DNA of 64,000 nucleotides from Candidatus Latescibacterota bacterium (GTDB lineage Bacteria; Latescibacterota; UBA2968), in NCBI GenBank assembly GCA_965205975.1, contig OZ242195.1, forward strand, positions 3,776,001 through 3,840,000, written 5' to 3'. Below are positions 10,941 through 21,959 of the stretch, one piece after another. The position numbers and the translations under genes are program-made. The notes below the pieces were generated by a model. The model ran no database searches. It saw nothing but the letters and a program-made list of their open reading frames with translations, and had not been told where the DNA came from. Numbering within the stretch: position 1 is the stretch's first letter; every line of letters starts with the position of its first letter.

Positions 10941-10942
10941 TC

Positions 10943-10971
10943 TTGCGCTACTGAATGGTCTTTGATATATT
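10943..10971 (+). promoter_or_regulatory. Putative sigma-70 promoter of groESL
   Basis: TTGCGC-N17-TATATT just upstream of CIRCE. Confidence 0.6.
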
Positions 10972-10981
10972 CTCCGCCCCA

Positions 10982-11008
10982 TTAGCACTCGACAGGTGAG
11001 AGTGCTAA
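10982..11008. promoter_or_regulatory. CIRCE element (HrcA operator)
   Basis: Perfect TTAGCACTC-N9-GAGTGCTAA upstream of groES. Confidence 0.98.
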
Positions 11009-11057
11009 AAATATCATCCGTTCATTTCACTCCACCTCGCATAAGGAGGCTATAACA

Positions 11058-11348
11058 ATGGCGAAGGTGAAACCCCTCGGGGATCGCGTGCTGGTTAAAC
11101 CTGTTGAAGAAGACGAACAGGTCAAGGGTGGCATCATCATTCCCGATACGGCCAAAGAAAAACCCCAGCGGGGCGAAATCGTGGCCGTTGGCGATGGCAA
11201 ACCCGACGATTCGGGCAACCGGATCCCGTTGGCGGTCGCATCCGGCGACACAGTACTTTACGGCAAGTATTCAGGCACAGAAGTCCGTCTGGACGACGAA
11301 GACTATCTGATCATGCCCGAAGGCGATATTTTAGCGATCATTGATTAA
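11058..11348 (+). CDS. groES: Co-chaperonin GroES
   Basis: [27 protein letters not shown]. Confidence 0.99.
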   Translation: MAKVKPLGDRVLVKPVEEDEQVKGGIIIPDTAKEKPQRGEIVAVGDGKPDDSGNRIPLAVASGDTVLYGKYSGTEVRLDDEDYLIMPEGDILAIID

Positions 11349-13016
<1,668 letters not shown>

Positions 13017-13031
13017 GCAATCAGTCTTTCG

Positions 13032-13066
13032 AAAAAAGGGACACTCAATTGGGTGTCCCTTTTTTA
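13032..13066 (+). terminator. Intrinsic terminator of groESL
   Basis: AAAAAAAGGGACAC...GTGTCCCTTTTTTT. Confidence 0.9.
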
Positions 13067-13356
13067 TGTACAGTACATATCTTTCACCATATCGCTCATT
13101 CATCGCTCAAATTTTACACTTTTTTGCCAACGCTTGTCCTCCTCTATCCTCGCCCCAACAGGCAATTCTCAAATTCGAGTTGTAAACAAGACCACAATAC
13201 TGCATATTGGAGGCATAATGAGGTGCCTGAACTTTTTTCGAGCCTTTTTATCGCTTAATTTTGTGATAATTGCATTTTTTGGCCTGATATTTGCTTGAGT
13301 TCTGACTGTTGTGTTTGTCTAAAATACGACCACCCTTCAGAACAAAGGAAGCAGAA

Positions 13357-13740
13357 GTGTCAGACGACCACAATTCAATTAAAGAATATAAAGGCATTCT
13401 GGGACAGATCACTTCACCCCTGATATTTTTTGCTCTGGCACTTCTGGTCATTGAAGGAATCATTGGAATTACGGTTGTTCAATCAAAACTCGACGCTATA
13501 CAGCAATTCTACATGATTCTTGTTATGGCCTTTCTATTTCTATCTGTTGTCGGCCTCGTTGCATGGATTACTGTGAAATATCCGTTGAACTTAATGGATA
13601 AAGTTGATGAAAATTTGAAACGCAATGAACTGATGGAAACGCTCCTTGGAAGTGACATGTTCAAAGACGCTGTTATCGACATCGTATCGGATATTGTCCA
13701 GGGGCCACAATCAAAGGAAAAAGAAAATGGATCAAAATGA
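13357..13740 (+). CDS. Small two-TM membrane protein
   Basis: Two hydrophobic helices; GTG start after AAGGA chosen; AT-rich. Confidence 0.65.
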   Translation: MSDDHNSIKEYKGILGQITSPLIFFALALLVIEGIIGITVVQSKLDAIQQFYMILVMAFLFLSVVGLVAWITVKYPLNLMDKVDENLKRNELMETLLGSDMFKDAVIDIVSDIVQGPQSKEKENGSK

Positions 13741-13996
13741 ACAGGGAACGATAAAGGAAATTGTCAAAGTAATCTATCACTCCAGAGGTGACTGGCGCAC
13801 GCCAGGGGGCATTGCAAGAGATCTCAAAATATCTCCTGAAACAGTCATCCAAATCGTCAAAAGCCATCCCGAATTTTTTATTTTAGCGAGCGACGAACGG
13901 GCGAAATATGTTATCCGTTTCGGTGGTCTCGATGCCGTGTCACTCACTGATAGTGCGCGAAATTTATATCTTCAGGAGCTAACGCTGAGTTCATAG
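13727..13996 (+). CDS. Small hypothetical protein, possible winged HTH
   Basis: AAGGA RBS; WRTPGGIARDLKISPETV HTH-like segment; overlaps upstream gene. Confidence 0.6.
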   Translation: MDQNEQGTIKEIVKVIYHSRGDWRTPGGIARDLKISPETVIQIVKSHPEFFILASDERAKYVIRFGGLDAVSLTDSARNLYLQELTLSS

Positions 13997-14020
13997 CTCA
14001 CAACACATCTCGCCCTATCT

Positions 14021-15316
14021 TCAATCTTTCAGAACAAAAAACACCCGATTATTGATCACCTCGCCTGTCTCTTTATCTGGATAACGGGATTCCCCATCAA
14101 AAAAAACAAAAGGCGGGTATTGCCCTGCGAGAATGGTATTGGCGCCAGTGGGCCGTTCCAGATTCGCCTCGTTAAAAATCGCATCCTCGGGCAAAGCGAG
14201 TTGCGACTTCCAATCCCCATCCTGCAAAGTCAACCAGACCAGACGTTTATCCTCTGTCTCCCAGTTCAATTCACGCAGGGGCTTGCCCTCATTCCAGCCC
14301 CTCCCAAGGGGCTGAAGCTCAAGCAAAGCATACAGAGTACCCGCTTCATCCATACTAAACGCACCCCGGCATCCCGTCGGTCGGTGATCTGGAAAACCCG
14401 CATCAATGGACGCTCGCTGCCAGACACCCAGTGCATCGGGCCGGGCATAAACGATCTCGCCCGGCTCATCCAGATGAGAAACATAGAGAATATGTGGACC
14501 CTCAGAAGAAACCACAATACAACCCTGTGAGAGCACCTCGGGACGGGGCATAGGTTCGTGGCGCTCATCCTCCTCAGTCCGAACGAGAACATCGAGCTGC
14601 TCGGGCCGCGCTGGCAATTCGATGCGCGTACCATCGGCTCTCTCCCAGGTCCCTCCACCATCCCGACTACACATATAACACACAGCCTGATGTAACCCGC
14701 GCTGATCGTAGATTCCCCTCCCCTCGTAAAAATCTATCACAAGATGAAGAACGCCATCTGCACCGACAGCCATACCAGTCTGGAAAGCACCGTAACCCGT
14801 ATAATCCTCACGCCTCTTGACCAATTTCCCGCGTGCTTCCCAGGCACCATCTCTCCTCTTAGAATAAAAATCCACACCATCCCAGCGATTGGGAGACCGC
14901 ATAGTTAAATAAAGCGTATCGTCCAAACCGCACACAACAACCGGATAGGTCCCCGAACCGGCCGGCTCTCCCTCTGTCCATTCACTCGCATCATTGGCAC
15001 GCACCGACCGCCGATACGTCACCGGCGAATTATGACCACTCATAATAGCCTGCAAATAGCCCTGATGGTCAATAGTCATAACCGGACGCGCGTGATTGTC
15101 GCGTCCCTTATTAAAAGTCAACGGCCTTGACCATTCCCCAGTATCGCGATCAAAAGTGCAAACCCTGTTGAAATAGCCCTCACCTGTAACATCCTGCCAG
15201 ACCACATGCGTTCTACCCTCGTACGTAACAACCTTATTCCCCGCGCCAGAAGTCGCGCGCTCACTGCCAATTTGAGAAATTAATCTGGTCACATCGAACT
15301 CCCTCGAGTGTATCAT
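14021..15316 (-). CDS. BNR-repeat beta-propeller protein
   Basis: DNH..P..IDHQGYL..SGH and SRDGGGTW Asp-box. Confidence 0.8.
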   Translation of the reverse strand: MIHSREFDVTRLISQIGSERATSGAGNKVVTYEGRTHVVWQDVTGEGYFNRVCTFDRDTGEWSRPLTFNKGRDNHARPVMTIDHQGYLQAIMSGHNSPVTYRRSVRANDASEWTEGEPAGSGTYPVVVCGLDDTLYLTMRSPNRWDGVDFYSKRRDGAWEARGKLVKRREDYTGYGAFQTGMAVGADGVLHLVIDFYEGRGIYDQRGLHQAVCYMCSRDGGGTWERADGTRIELPARPEQLDVLVRTEEDERHEPMPRPEVLSQGCIVVSSEGPHILYVSHLDEPGEIVYARPDALGVWQRASIDAGFPDHRPTGCRGAFSMDEAGTLYALLELQPLGRGWNEGKPLRELNWETEDKRLVWLTLQDGDWKSQLALPEDAIFNEANLERPTGANTILAGQYPPFVFFDGESRYPDKETGEVINNRVFFVLKD

Positions 15317-15374
15317 ATCCTGAACCGCTCAAAAATCGAACGCGGATTAAGCGGATGACGCGGAAATACGCGGA

Positions 15375-16400
15375 TTATAAACTAAACCGCTCAAAAATTA
15401 GATACTGATACGAATGTTCTTCTCCCGCCTCATACAAACACCCAACATCGCCATCGGGTAACAGAGCCAGACAGGAATACGCTGCCGGACCCTCGTGCAA
15501 CAGCTTTTCCCGGACCCACGTCTGCCCGCCATCCTCGCTCAAACGCACAGTCATATTCACGCGCTCGCCTCTTCCCTTCCCCGGAAAAAACCGCTCTCCA
15601 GATTCGGGACTTTCTACCGGCGTAAGCGACACCGGATTTGAAAAAAACAACCGGTCCCCTTCGCCTACCAAACTCGCCTGACATTTCGGACACGGCAAAT
15701 TCTCATCGTGTACAACCTCTGACCAATTGTGTCCCCCATCCCCACTCACCGAAATCCCCCGCAACCCTTCGCTATACGTCTGCATCCGAATATTCATCTT
15801 CAACGATCCATCCGCCAATTCCACAACCTGACACTCATTCGCCCCCGGCGCGATCAACGCGCTCAATTGCCACGTTGCCCCGTGGTCATCGCTATAAATC
15901 GCATGCGAACCATTGCCATAAGTCTCATCCTCCCGATGATCGCACGGAATCACCAGCCGCCCCCTGTGCTCCCCTCTTTGCAATTGAATACCAACACCCG
16001 GACCCGTCGCATACCAATTCCACGAAGGCTTCTTCACAACCGCAGTAATCTCCACAGGATCTGCCCACGTATTCCCATCATCCCCACTATGCGTAATAAA
16101 CACATCGTCATTCTCCCGACAAAACGGCAACCAGATCACACCCGTATCACCATCCACCACGGGACACGGATTGCCAATCGTCACCTCCCCAGGCTCCCCG
16201 TAAATCAACAACTGTTCAGACCACGTCTCCCCACCGTCCTCTGACCGCTTCACCAGCAAATCCAGATCTCCGTGATCTCCCCGCCCGGTGCGCCGCCCCT
16301 CGCAAAACGCCAGCAGTGTCCCCGCCTTTGTCACCAGCAATGCCGGAATGCGATACGTGTGATATCCATCTTGTCCACTAATAAATACATATGTTTTCAT
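15375..16400 (-). CDS. GH33 exo-alpha-sialidase family protein
   Basis: YRIP motif, several SxDxGxTW Asp-boxes, AYS and LYE. Confidence 0.9.
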   Translation of the reverse strand: MKTYVFISGQDGYHTYRIPALLVTKAGTLLAFCEGRRTGRGDHGDLDLLVKRSEDGGETWSEQLLIYGEPGEVTIGNPCPVVDGDTGVIWLPFCRENDDVFITHSGDDGNTWADPVEITAVVKKPSWNWYATGPGVGIQLQRGEHRGRLVIPCDHREDETYGNGSHAIYSDDHGATWQLSALIAPGANECQVVELADGSLKMNIRMQTYSEGLRGISVSGDGGHNWSEVVHDENLPCPKCQASLVGEGDRLFFSNPVSLTPVESPESGERFFPGKGRGERVNMTVRLSEDGGQTWVREKLLHEGPAAYSCLALLPDGDVGCLYEAGEEHSYQYLIFERFSL

Positions 16401-16499
16401 CTTTTCTCCTTATTGGGTCTTGAAAGCGATGGCAAAAGAAGATATATTTATGAAAATTTGATACCTGTTTGACACCATCAATCAGATTGGAAATAAAAA

Positions 16500-16787
16500 A
16501 TGCTAACCGTCAAAGATGCTGTACAGAAAGCCTTTTTGTTTGTTCAAGATATTTTTGGTCCTGAAATTTATCAGCTTGAATTAGAAGAAACCGAGCTTTC
16601 AGAAGACGAAAAATATTGGTTAATCACCGTAAGTTTTGATGTACCATTCGAGGCAGTACCAGCCAGCCAGTTAATCCTCGGTTCAAAAGAACCGAAGACC
16701 AAGTTTAAAACAATGAAAATTGATATAGAAACCGGAAAAGTCATATCTATGAAAATCAGGGAGGTATATGAACCAGCAAATCAATGA
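16500..16787 (+). CDS. Hypothetical protein, probable partner/antitoxin of PIN protein
   Basis: 95 aa, AT-rich, overlaps PIN gene by 20 nt. Confidence 0.65.
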   Translation: MLTVKDAVQKAFLFVQDIFGPEIYQLELEETELSEDEKYWLITVSFDVPFEAVPASQLILGSKEPKTKFKTMKIDIETGKVISMKIREVYEPANQ

Positions 16788-17274
16788 AATTTTTGATCGC
16801 TATCAGCAATCCGGTATTCTTATCGATACGAATATTCTGCTCCTTTACTTCGTCGGATCTTATGATATTCAACAGATATCCAGATTTAAACGAACAAAAC
16901 AATTTGTGACAGAAGATTACAAGTTATTAACGCGCATCTGGACTTCTTTCAAAAAAATTGTCACAACACCCCATATACTCACTGAAGTCAGCAATTGGGG
17001 GAACCAACTTGCTCAACATCACTGGCCGGGCTTCTACGAACAATTTGCTTCAAAAATAAGACTCCTCGAAGAACACCATCAACCTGCTCAAGCCCTATCG
17101 CAAACCGAATACTTTTCTAAATTTGGACTAACAGATACGGGAATTATACAATTAGTTCAAGGACAATATCTCGTACTTACTGATGATTTTCGTTTATCCC
17201 AATACTTGCCAAAAATCCAGGTGGATGCAATTAATTTTAATCACATACGGATGTACAATTGGTCTAAGCCCTGA
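16768..17274 (+). CDS. PIN-domain protein
   Basis: LIDTNILL, ILTEV, GLTD, VLTDD acidic motifs. Confidence 0.85.
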   Translation: MNQQINEIFDRYQQSGILIDTNILLLYFVGSYDIQQISRFKRTKQFVTEDYKLLTRIWTSFKKIVTTPHILTEVSNWGNQLAQHHWPGFYEQFASKIRLLEEHHQPAQALSQTEYFSKFGLTDTGIIQLVQGQYLVLTDDFRLSQYLPKIQVDAINFNHIRMYNWSKP

Positions 17275-17279
17275 CACTA

Positions 17280-18152
17280 TCACCTCTCCACAGGAACCAA
17301 CCGCAGCGCATTCTCGCAATAAATCTTCTCCCTGACCTCCCGCGGCAAATCCAACGCCTCCAGATGCACCTGCAACGCATTCCCCGGCGCATCGCGTCCA
17401 AACAGCAAACGATCCTGATAATCAATCAAAAAATCTCGCCCTCCATCCTCCATGCGCTGCAACGCATTCAAACCAGACCCCGCCGACAAATCCGCCCAGA
17501 GATTCGCATATTGAGCAAACAAATCAAACAAACGCCCCCCCGGCACAATCGGACCCGAAGGATATGTCTCTGGATCCGTCGCCTCATCCCCACTCACATG
17601 CCGCCAGAAACCAGGCGCGTGACCGACAAACGTCGTATCCGGACACGCCTGCAACGCCTGCGCCAGCGCGCCAATCTCCCCCCCATACCAATACTCCTGA
17701 TACACCCCATTCAAAAACGGCGTATCAATATGCAACACCACTGGCGCGCCCAACTCACCCGCCTTGCGAAACAACAAAATCGCACGCGGATCATTCAACA
17801 ACATCCGATAGCTCCACTCCCCACACACCCGAACGCCATGCGAATAATACGCCGCCTCAAAAAGCCCTGCCGCATCGCCCTCCGACGGACAGGGACAATA
17901 CCCCGCCACAAACCGATCGGGATATTTCTCACACGCCCGCGAAAGATCATTCAACGTCGTCCCCGCATGCGTCCCATCGGGCCGCGCATTGACCGGATTA
18001 AACACGCGATGGCTACTCGCCACATGCTCACCCGGCGGCAAATACCACGTAAGCAACCACGCCACATCATAGCCGAACTGATCCATCTCATTCAACACAC
18101 CCTCGGCATTTAGCCCGTGATAATAAATGTGATTGTGCGCGTCAATAATCAT
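17280..18152 (-). CDS. Amidohydrolase-2 family protein
   Basis: IIDAHNH, VVLH, VGH, LLFGRD, ENALRL. Confidence 0.85.
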   Translation of the reverse strand: MIIDAHNHIYYHGLNAEGVLNEMDQFGYDVAWLLTWYLPPGEHVASSHRVFNPVNARPDGTHAGTTLNDLSRACEKYPDRFVAGYCPCPSEGDAAGLFEAAYYSHGVRVCGEWSYRMLLNDPRAILLFRKAGELGAPVVLHIDTPFLNGVYQEYWYGGEIGALAQALQACPDTTFVGHAPGFWRHVSGDEATDPETYPSGPIVPGGRLFDLFAQYANLWADLSAGSGLNALQRMEDGGRDFLIDYQDRLLFGRDAPGNALQVHLEALDLPREVREKIYCENALRLVPVER

Positions 18153-18258
18153 TGTACAAATCCCCAGCTTTTGCGATTTTTTCTTGACGAAGTTACAATA
18201 AAAAAATAGTATATAGGGCTTGCAGCCACACCGCGAAAGGAATACTCCGTTCGATCAA

Positions 18259-19203
18259 ATGTCCAACTCTACCAAACAATTAGATCTCTCGACAAAAATT
18301 GCCAAAAGGCTTACCCTTAAAAACCCCGTCATCATGGCCTCGGGCACTTTTGGGCACGGCGCCGAATACGCGTCCCTCTTTGACCTGAGCAAAATCGGCG
18401 GCATCGTCACAAAAACCATCACCTATCACCCCCGGGCGGGCAACCCACCGCCGCGCACTGCCGAAACCCCATCCGGCATGCTCAACGCCATTGGACTCAC
18501 CAACCCGGGCATCGACGCATTCATCGCCGAAAAAGTCCCACCCCTTGCCGCACTCAACACCGGACGCATCGTCAGCATAGCGGGAACATCGGACCGGGAA
18601 TTTGCCGACATGGCCGCCCGCTTCAACGACCTCGAAGGCATAGACGCCCTCGAACTCAACATCTCATCGCCCAACATGAAAGACGGCGGCATGCTCTTTG
18701 GCTGTTCCGAACGCGCCGCCCACAACGTAACCCGAGCCGTCAAAGCCGTATCGCAACTACCCATCATCGTCAAACTCACCCCAAACGTAACCGACATTGC
18801 CGCCATAGCTGGCGCAGTCGAAGAAGGCGGAGCAGACGGCATCGCCCTCATCAACACCCTGCTGGGCATGGCAATAGACATAGACACGCGCCGTCCCATC
18901 CTGGGAAATATCACAGGCGGCTTATCTGGCCCCGCGATCAAACCCGTCGCCCTCGCCCTGCTCTGGAAAGTCGTCGAACGGGTCTCTATCCCCGTCATCG
19001 GCATGGGCGGCATAGCCACAGCGCGCGACGCCATTGAATTTCTCATCATTGGCGCATCCGCCATACAGGTCGGAACCACAACCTTTGTTCGTCCCCTTGC
19101 AGCCTTGGAGATACTCGATGGCATTGCAGAATATTGCAAAACACACGAAATCGACCACATATCCGACCTTATCGGCGGCATGCAACCACCTGCGGTGCAT
19201 TAA
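18259..19203 (+). CDS. pyrD: Dihydroorotate dehydrogenase, family 1 catalytic subunit
   Basis: LKNPVIMASGTFG, GNPPPR, VKLTPN, GGLSGPAIKP. Confidence 0.93.
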   Translation: MSNSTKQLDLSTKIAKRLTLKNPVIMASGTFGHGAEYASLFDLSKIGGIVTKTITYHPRAGNPPPRTAETPSGMLNAIGLTNPGIDAFIAEKVPPLAALNTGRIVSIAGTSDREFADMAARFNDLEGIDALELNISSPNMKDGGMLFGCSERAAHNVTRAVKAVSQLPIIVKLTPNVTDIAAIAGAVEEGGADGIALINTLLGMAIDIDTRRPILGNITGGLSGPAIKPVALALLWKVVERVSIPVIGMGGIATARDAIEFLIIGASAIQVGTTTFVRPLAALEILDGIAEYCKTHEIDHISDLIGGMQPPAVH

Positions 19204-19645
19204 AATCTCCCACCTGCTCTGCATCTTCCTCTGCGTCTCTATCATGGGATGTGCCTCGCACCCCCGCTATCGCGGCAAACCCATCACAGAAAAACCCAAA
19301 GACTCCAAACCCTCCAAACCCTCCAAGACCGTATCTCCATCCCCCAAATACCGATCATCTCAAATAGGCTACACATCCTACTACGCGCACAAATTTCACG
19401 GCCGGCCAACAGCCAGCGGTGAAATCTACGACATGAACGGCCTATCCGCCGCACACCGCGAACTGCCCCTCGGCACAATAATCCGCGTCACCCATCTGGG
19501 CAACGGCAAATCCGTCGTCGTCAAAGTAAATGACCGCGGACCCTTCGTTGAAGGACGCATCCTCGACCTCTCCCTCGGCGCAGCCAAAAAGCTGGACATG
19601 GTCGCTGAAGGCGTTGCCAGAGTCAAAATCGAAATCGTCAAATAG
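19199..19645 (+). CDS. rlpA: RlpA-family lytic transglycosylase lipoprotein (start uncertain)
   Basis: SYYAHKFHGRPTASGE, AAHRELP, NDRGPF, DLS; lipobox IMGC. Confidence 0.85.
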   Translation: MKISHLLCIFLCVSIMGCASHPRYRGKPITEKPKDSKPSKPSKTVSPSPKYRSSQIGYTSYYAHKFHGRPTASGEIYDMNGLSAAHRELPLGTIIRVTHLGNGKSVVVKVNDRGPFVEGRILDLSLGAAKKLDMVAEGVARVKIEIVK

Positions 19646-19651
19646 GATAAT

Positions 19652-20032
19652 ATGATGAAATGGAAAGAATGGCAAACCGCAGCAGACGACGAAACCCTGT
19701 GGGTAGATAATAAAGAAAAAGGGCTACTCAAAGCCGAATATCTGACCGCTTATGTCTTGCGCCTCTGGTTTGAAGAAGACCTCGATATTTCCATTTACGA
19801 TCTGGATTTTTATTCGCTCTTTATTGAAGAGAATCCAGGAGGCGTTTTTGAATTGCTACGCAATAAGGAGCGATTTCGTCAGGCGATTGGCGACTATGCC
19901 TTGATTTGGCCCAATCCCGAAACAGGTGAATATGACGAACAAGCCATTGATCTTGCTCCCGAATGTGTGCGTTTTTTTTGTGAACGTTTTGGCAAAATTT
20001 TAAAAGGCCTCCAGAAGGAACAGGTCGCCTGA
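19652..20032 (+). CDS. Hypothetical protein, DUF2442-like
   Basis: YVLRLWFE, ALIWPN, DLAPE resemble DUF2442 antitoxin-like proteins. Confidence 0.55.
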   Translation: MMKWKEWQTAADDETLWVDNKEKGLLKAEYLTAYVLRLWFEEDLDISIYDLDFYSLFIEENPGGVFELLRNKERFRQAIGDYALIWPNPETGEYDEQAIDLAPECVRFFCERFGKILKGLQKEQVA

Positions 20033-20058
20033 TACTATTTTAACAAATCCATTCCCTC

Positions 20059-21090
20059 CTATTCCTCCCCTCCTTCCCCATCCCAATCCTCATACATATC
20101 CGCGATCACATCATCAATCGGGGCGCGGTTTGTTTCCACATCGCGAATAGTCGTTTGCTCTGCCGCTTGATCGAGTAGCGTAGGTATCGATATTTGTGCC
20201 GCATCAAACGTAAAGTGATGGCGATTGCCTTCGCTCTCGATAAATTGAACGCCTGAAAGTTGCGGCGGAGACGTATCGGCAGTCTCAATAATAAGATGCC
20301 TGCGGTCCCCAAATTGACCGCGCAATTCTCGAAAATCCCCATCAAACGCGATATTGCCCTTATCGATCATCACAATACGCCCCGCGAGCTGCTCCAACTC
20401 ATCCATATCATGGCTCGTGATCATAACCGTAACGCCCTTTTCGCGATTGAGATTCTTGATAAAATCGAGAATATTGCGTTTGGCAAGCACATCAACGCCA
20501 ATAGTGGGTTCATCCAGAAAAAGAATCTCAGGCTCGTGCATTAGCATAAGCGCCAGATCTGCCCGCATCTTTTGCCCCAAACTGATCTGACGCGCGAGAC
20601 TATTGAAAAACTCGCCAATCCCGAGAAGTTCCTTCACAAAATCGAGCATCGCGTTATACCGGTCCCGGGGAATATCCCAAACCACCCGTTTCCACTCAAA
20701 ACTCGCCGCAACGGGTTGATCCCACCACAACTCTGTCCGCTGACCAAAAACCACGCCAATACGCTTCACATAACGAACGCGATCCTTCAGAGGATCCATA
20801 CCCAGACAGCGAACCGTTCCAGAAGTAGGTGCAAGAACACTGGAAAGCAGCTTCACAGTCGTGGATTTTCCCGCACCATTGGGACCTGCATAAGCGACAA
20901 TCTCGCCGCGGCGAATCTCGAGATTCACCTTCTGCAACGCGCGAATCTCCCGGACATTGGGCCGAAACAAATTCTTGAAAACATCCCGAACCTTCTCCGA
21001 ACGCTGGCGCTGGTAAAAAATCTTATCGACCTCGATCAGCTCAACCGCGATGTCCGAAACCGAGGTAGCGTTGTGACCCGGTCTGTTCAT
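20059..21090 (-). CDS. ABC transporter ATP-binding protein
   Basis: GPNGAGKST, SLGQKMR, LDEPTIG, TSH. Confidence 0.93.
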   Translation of the reverse strand: MNRPGHNATSVSDIAVELIEVDKIFYQRQRSEKVRDVFKNLFRPNVREIRALQKVNLEIRRGEIVAYAGPNGAGKSTTVKLLSSVLAPTSGTVRCLGMDPLKDRVRYVKRIGVVFGQRTELWWDQPVAASFEWKRVVWDIPRDRYNAMLDFVKELLGIGEFFNSLARQISLGQKMRADLALMLMHEPEILFLDEPTIGVDVLAKRNILDFIKNLNREKGVTVMITSHDMDELEQLAGRIVMIDKGNIAFDGDFRELRGQFGDRRHLIIETADTSPPQLSGVQFIESEGNRHHFTFDAAQISIPTLLDQAAEQTTIRDVETNRAPIDDVIADMYEDWDGEGGEE

Positions 21091-21874
21091 AGTGCTGCAT
21101 TCCCTTTTTAAATAAAATCCACGCAATAAGAGAGAAACCCATCGCCACAAGCGGCGTATGCCACAGGCTCGACGGCGCAATACCGAGCAATTGTCGGCAG
21201 GGATACCACGCGACAAAACCCACGGGCAAAACAGTAAGCATACTGGCAAGCACATAAACACTCAAACCATCCAGAGGAAAAGACTTGAGCTGAAACATAA
21301 AATTAACCGCGCGACTGCTAATTTCCTCCGCAGCAACCGGTGCCCAAAAAGCCAGACTTCCCCACGCAAAAGAAAAAGATAGCACAATCGCGCAAGAAGA
21401 CGCGAGATTGCAGAAAAACATCAGCCACCAGTACAGCGTAAACACCGCATCAATCTGAAAAATAGCCCATGTCCAAATACCAATCCCCGTCAGCAAAGAC
21501 CACGACCCGGAAAAAGGCATAAAACCCTCGGTCAACAACCCCATCCACACCGGCTGGGGTTGCACGAGCGTGTGATCCATCTGACCGCGCCCAATGCGCC
21601 GACTGATATGCAGAACATTATAGCTAAACCCCATATCTAAAAAACCGCGAACAAGCGCGGCATAACCCAGCATAAAAACAATTTGATCCCGCGACCACAG
21701 GCCAATACCTTCAAACCGCTCCGCCAGCAGAAAAACCGCTGTAACACCCGCGAGATTCAGAATAATGTCCGAGATAATATTGATCAAAAAAAACCGAAAA
21801 TCCCGCGTCATCCACATAAAATCCAGATACGCCTGCACCCGCCAACGGGCGAAGAGTTTTGTCAAAGTCTTCAC
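21041..21874 (-). CDS. ABC-2 type permease (DUF990-like)
   Basis: Six-TM pattern, G.MD..LVQP; GTG start with AGGAGG RBS. Confidence 0.85.
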   Translation of the reverse strand: MKTLTKLFARWRVQAYLDFMWMTRDFRFFLINIISDIILNLAGVTAVFLLAERFEGIGLWSRDQIVFMLGYAALVRGFLDMGFSYNVLHISRRIGRGQMDHTLVQPQPVWMGLLTEGFMPFSGSWSLLTGIGIWTWAIFQIDAVFTLYWWLMFFCNLASSCAIVLSFSFAWGSLAFWAPVAAEEISSRAVNFMFQLKSFPLDGLSVYVLASMLTVLPVGFVAWYPCRQLLGIAPSSLWHTPLVAMGFSLIAWILFKKGMQHYEQTGSQRYLGFGHRG

Positions 21875-21889
21875 AAAAATTAAACCTCC

Positions 21890-21955
21890 TGGATCGCGGC
21901 TCAACTTCACACCGCGATGACGATGGTCCTCCCTTCACACTTCTCACGTCTCACC
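21890..21955. repeat. GATCGCGG hairpin repeat with heptamer tail
   Basis: Nearly identical to 22780-22845 apart from the loop. Confidence 0.85.
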
Positions 21956-21959
21956 GCCT

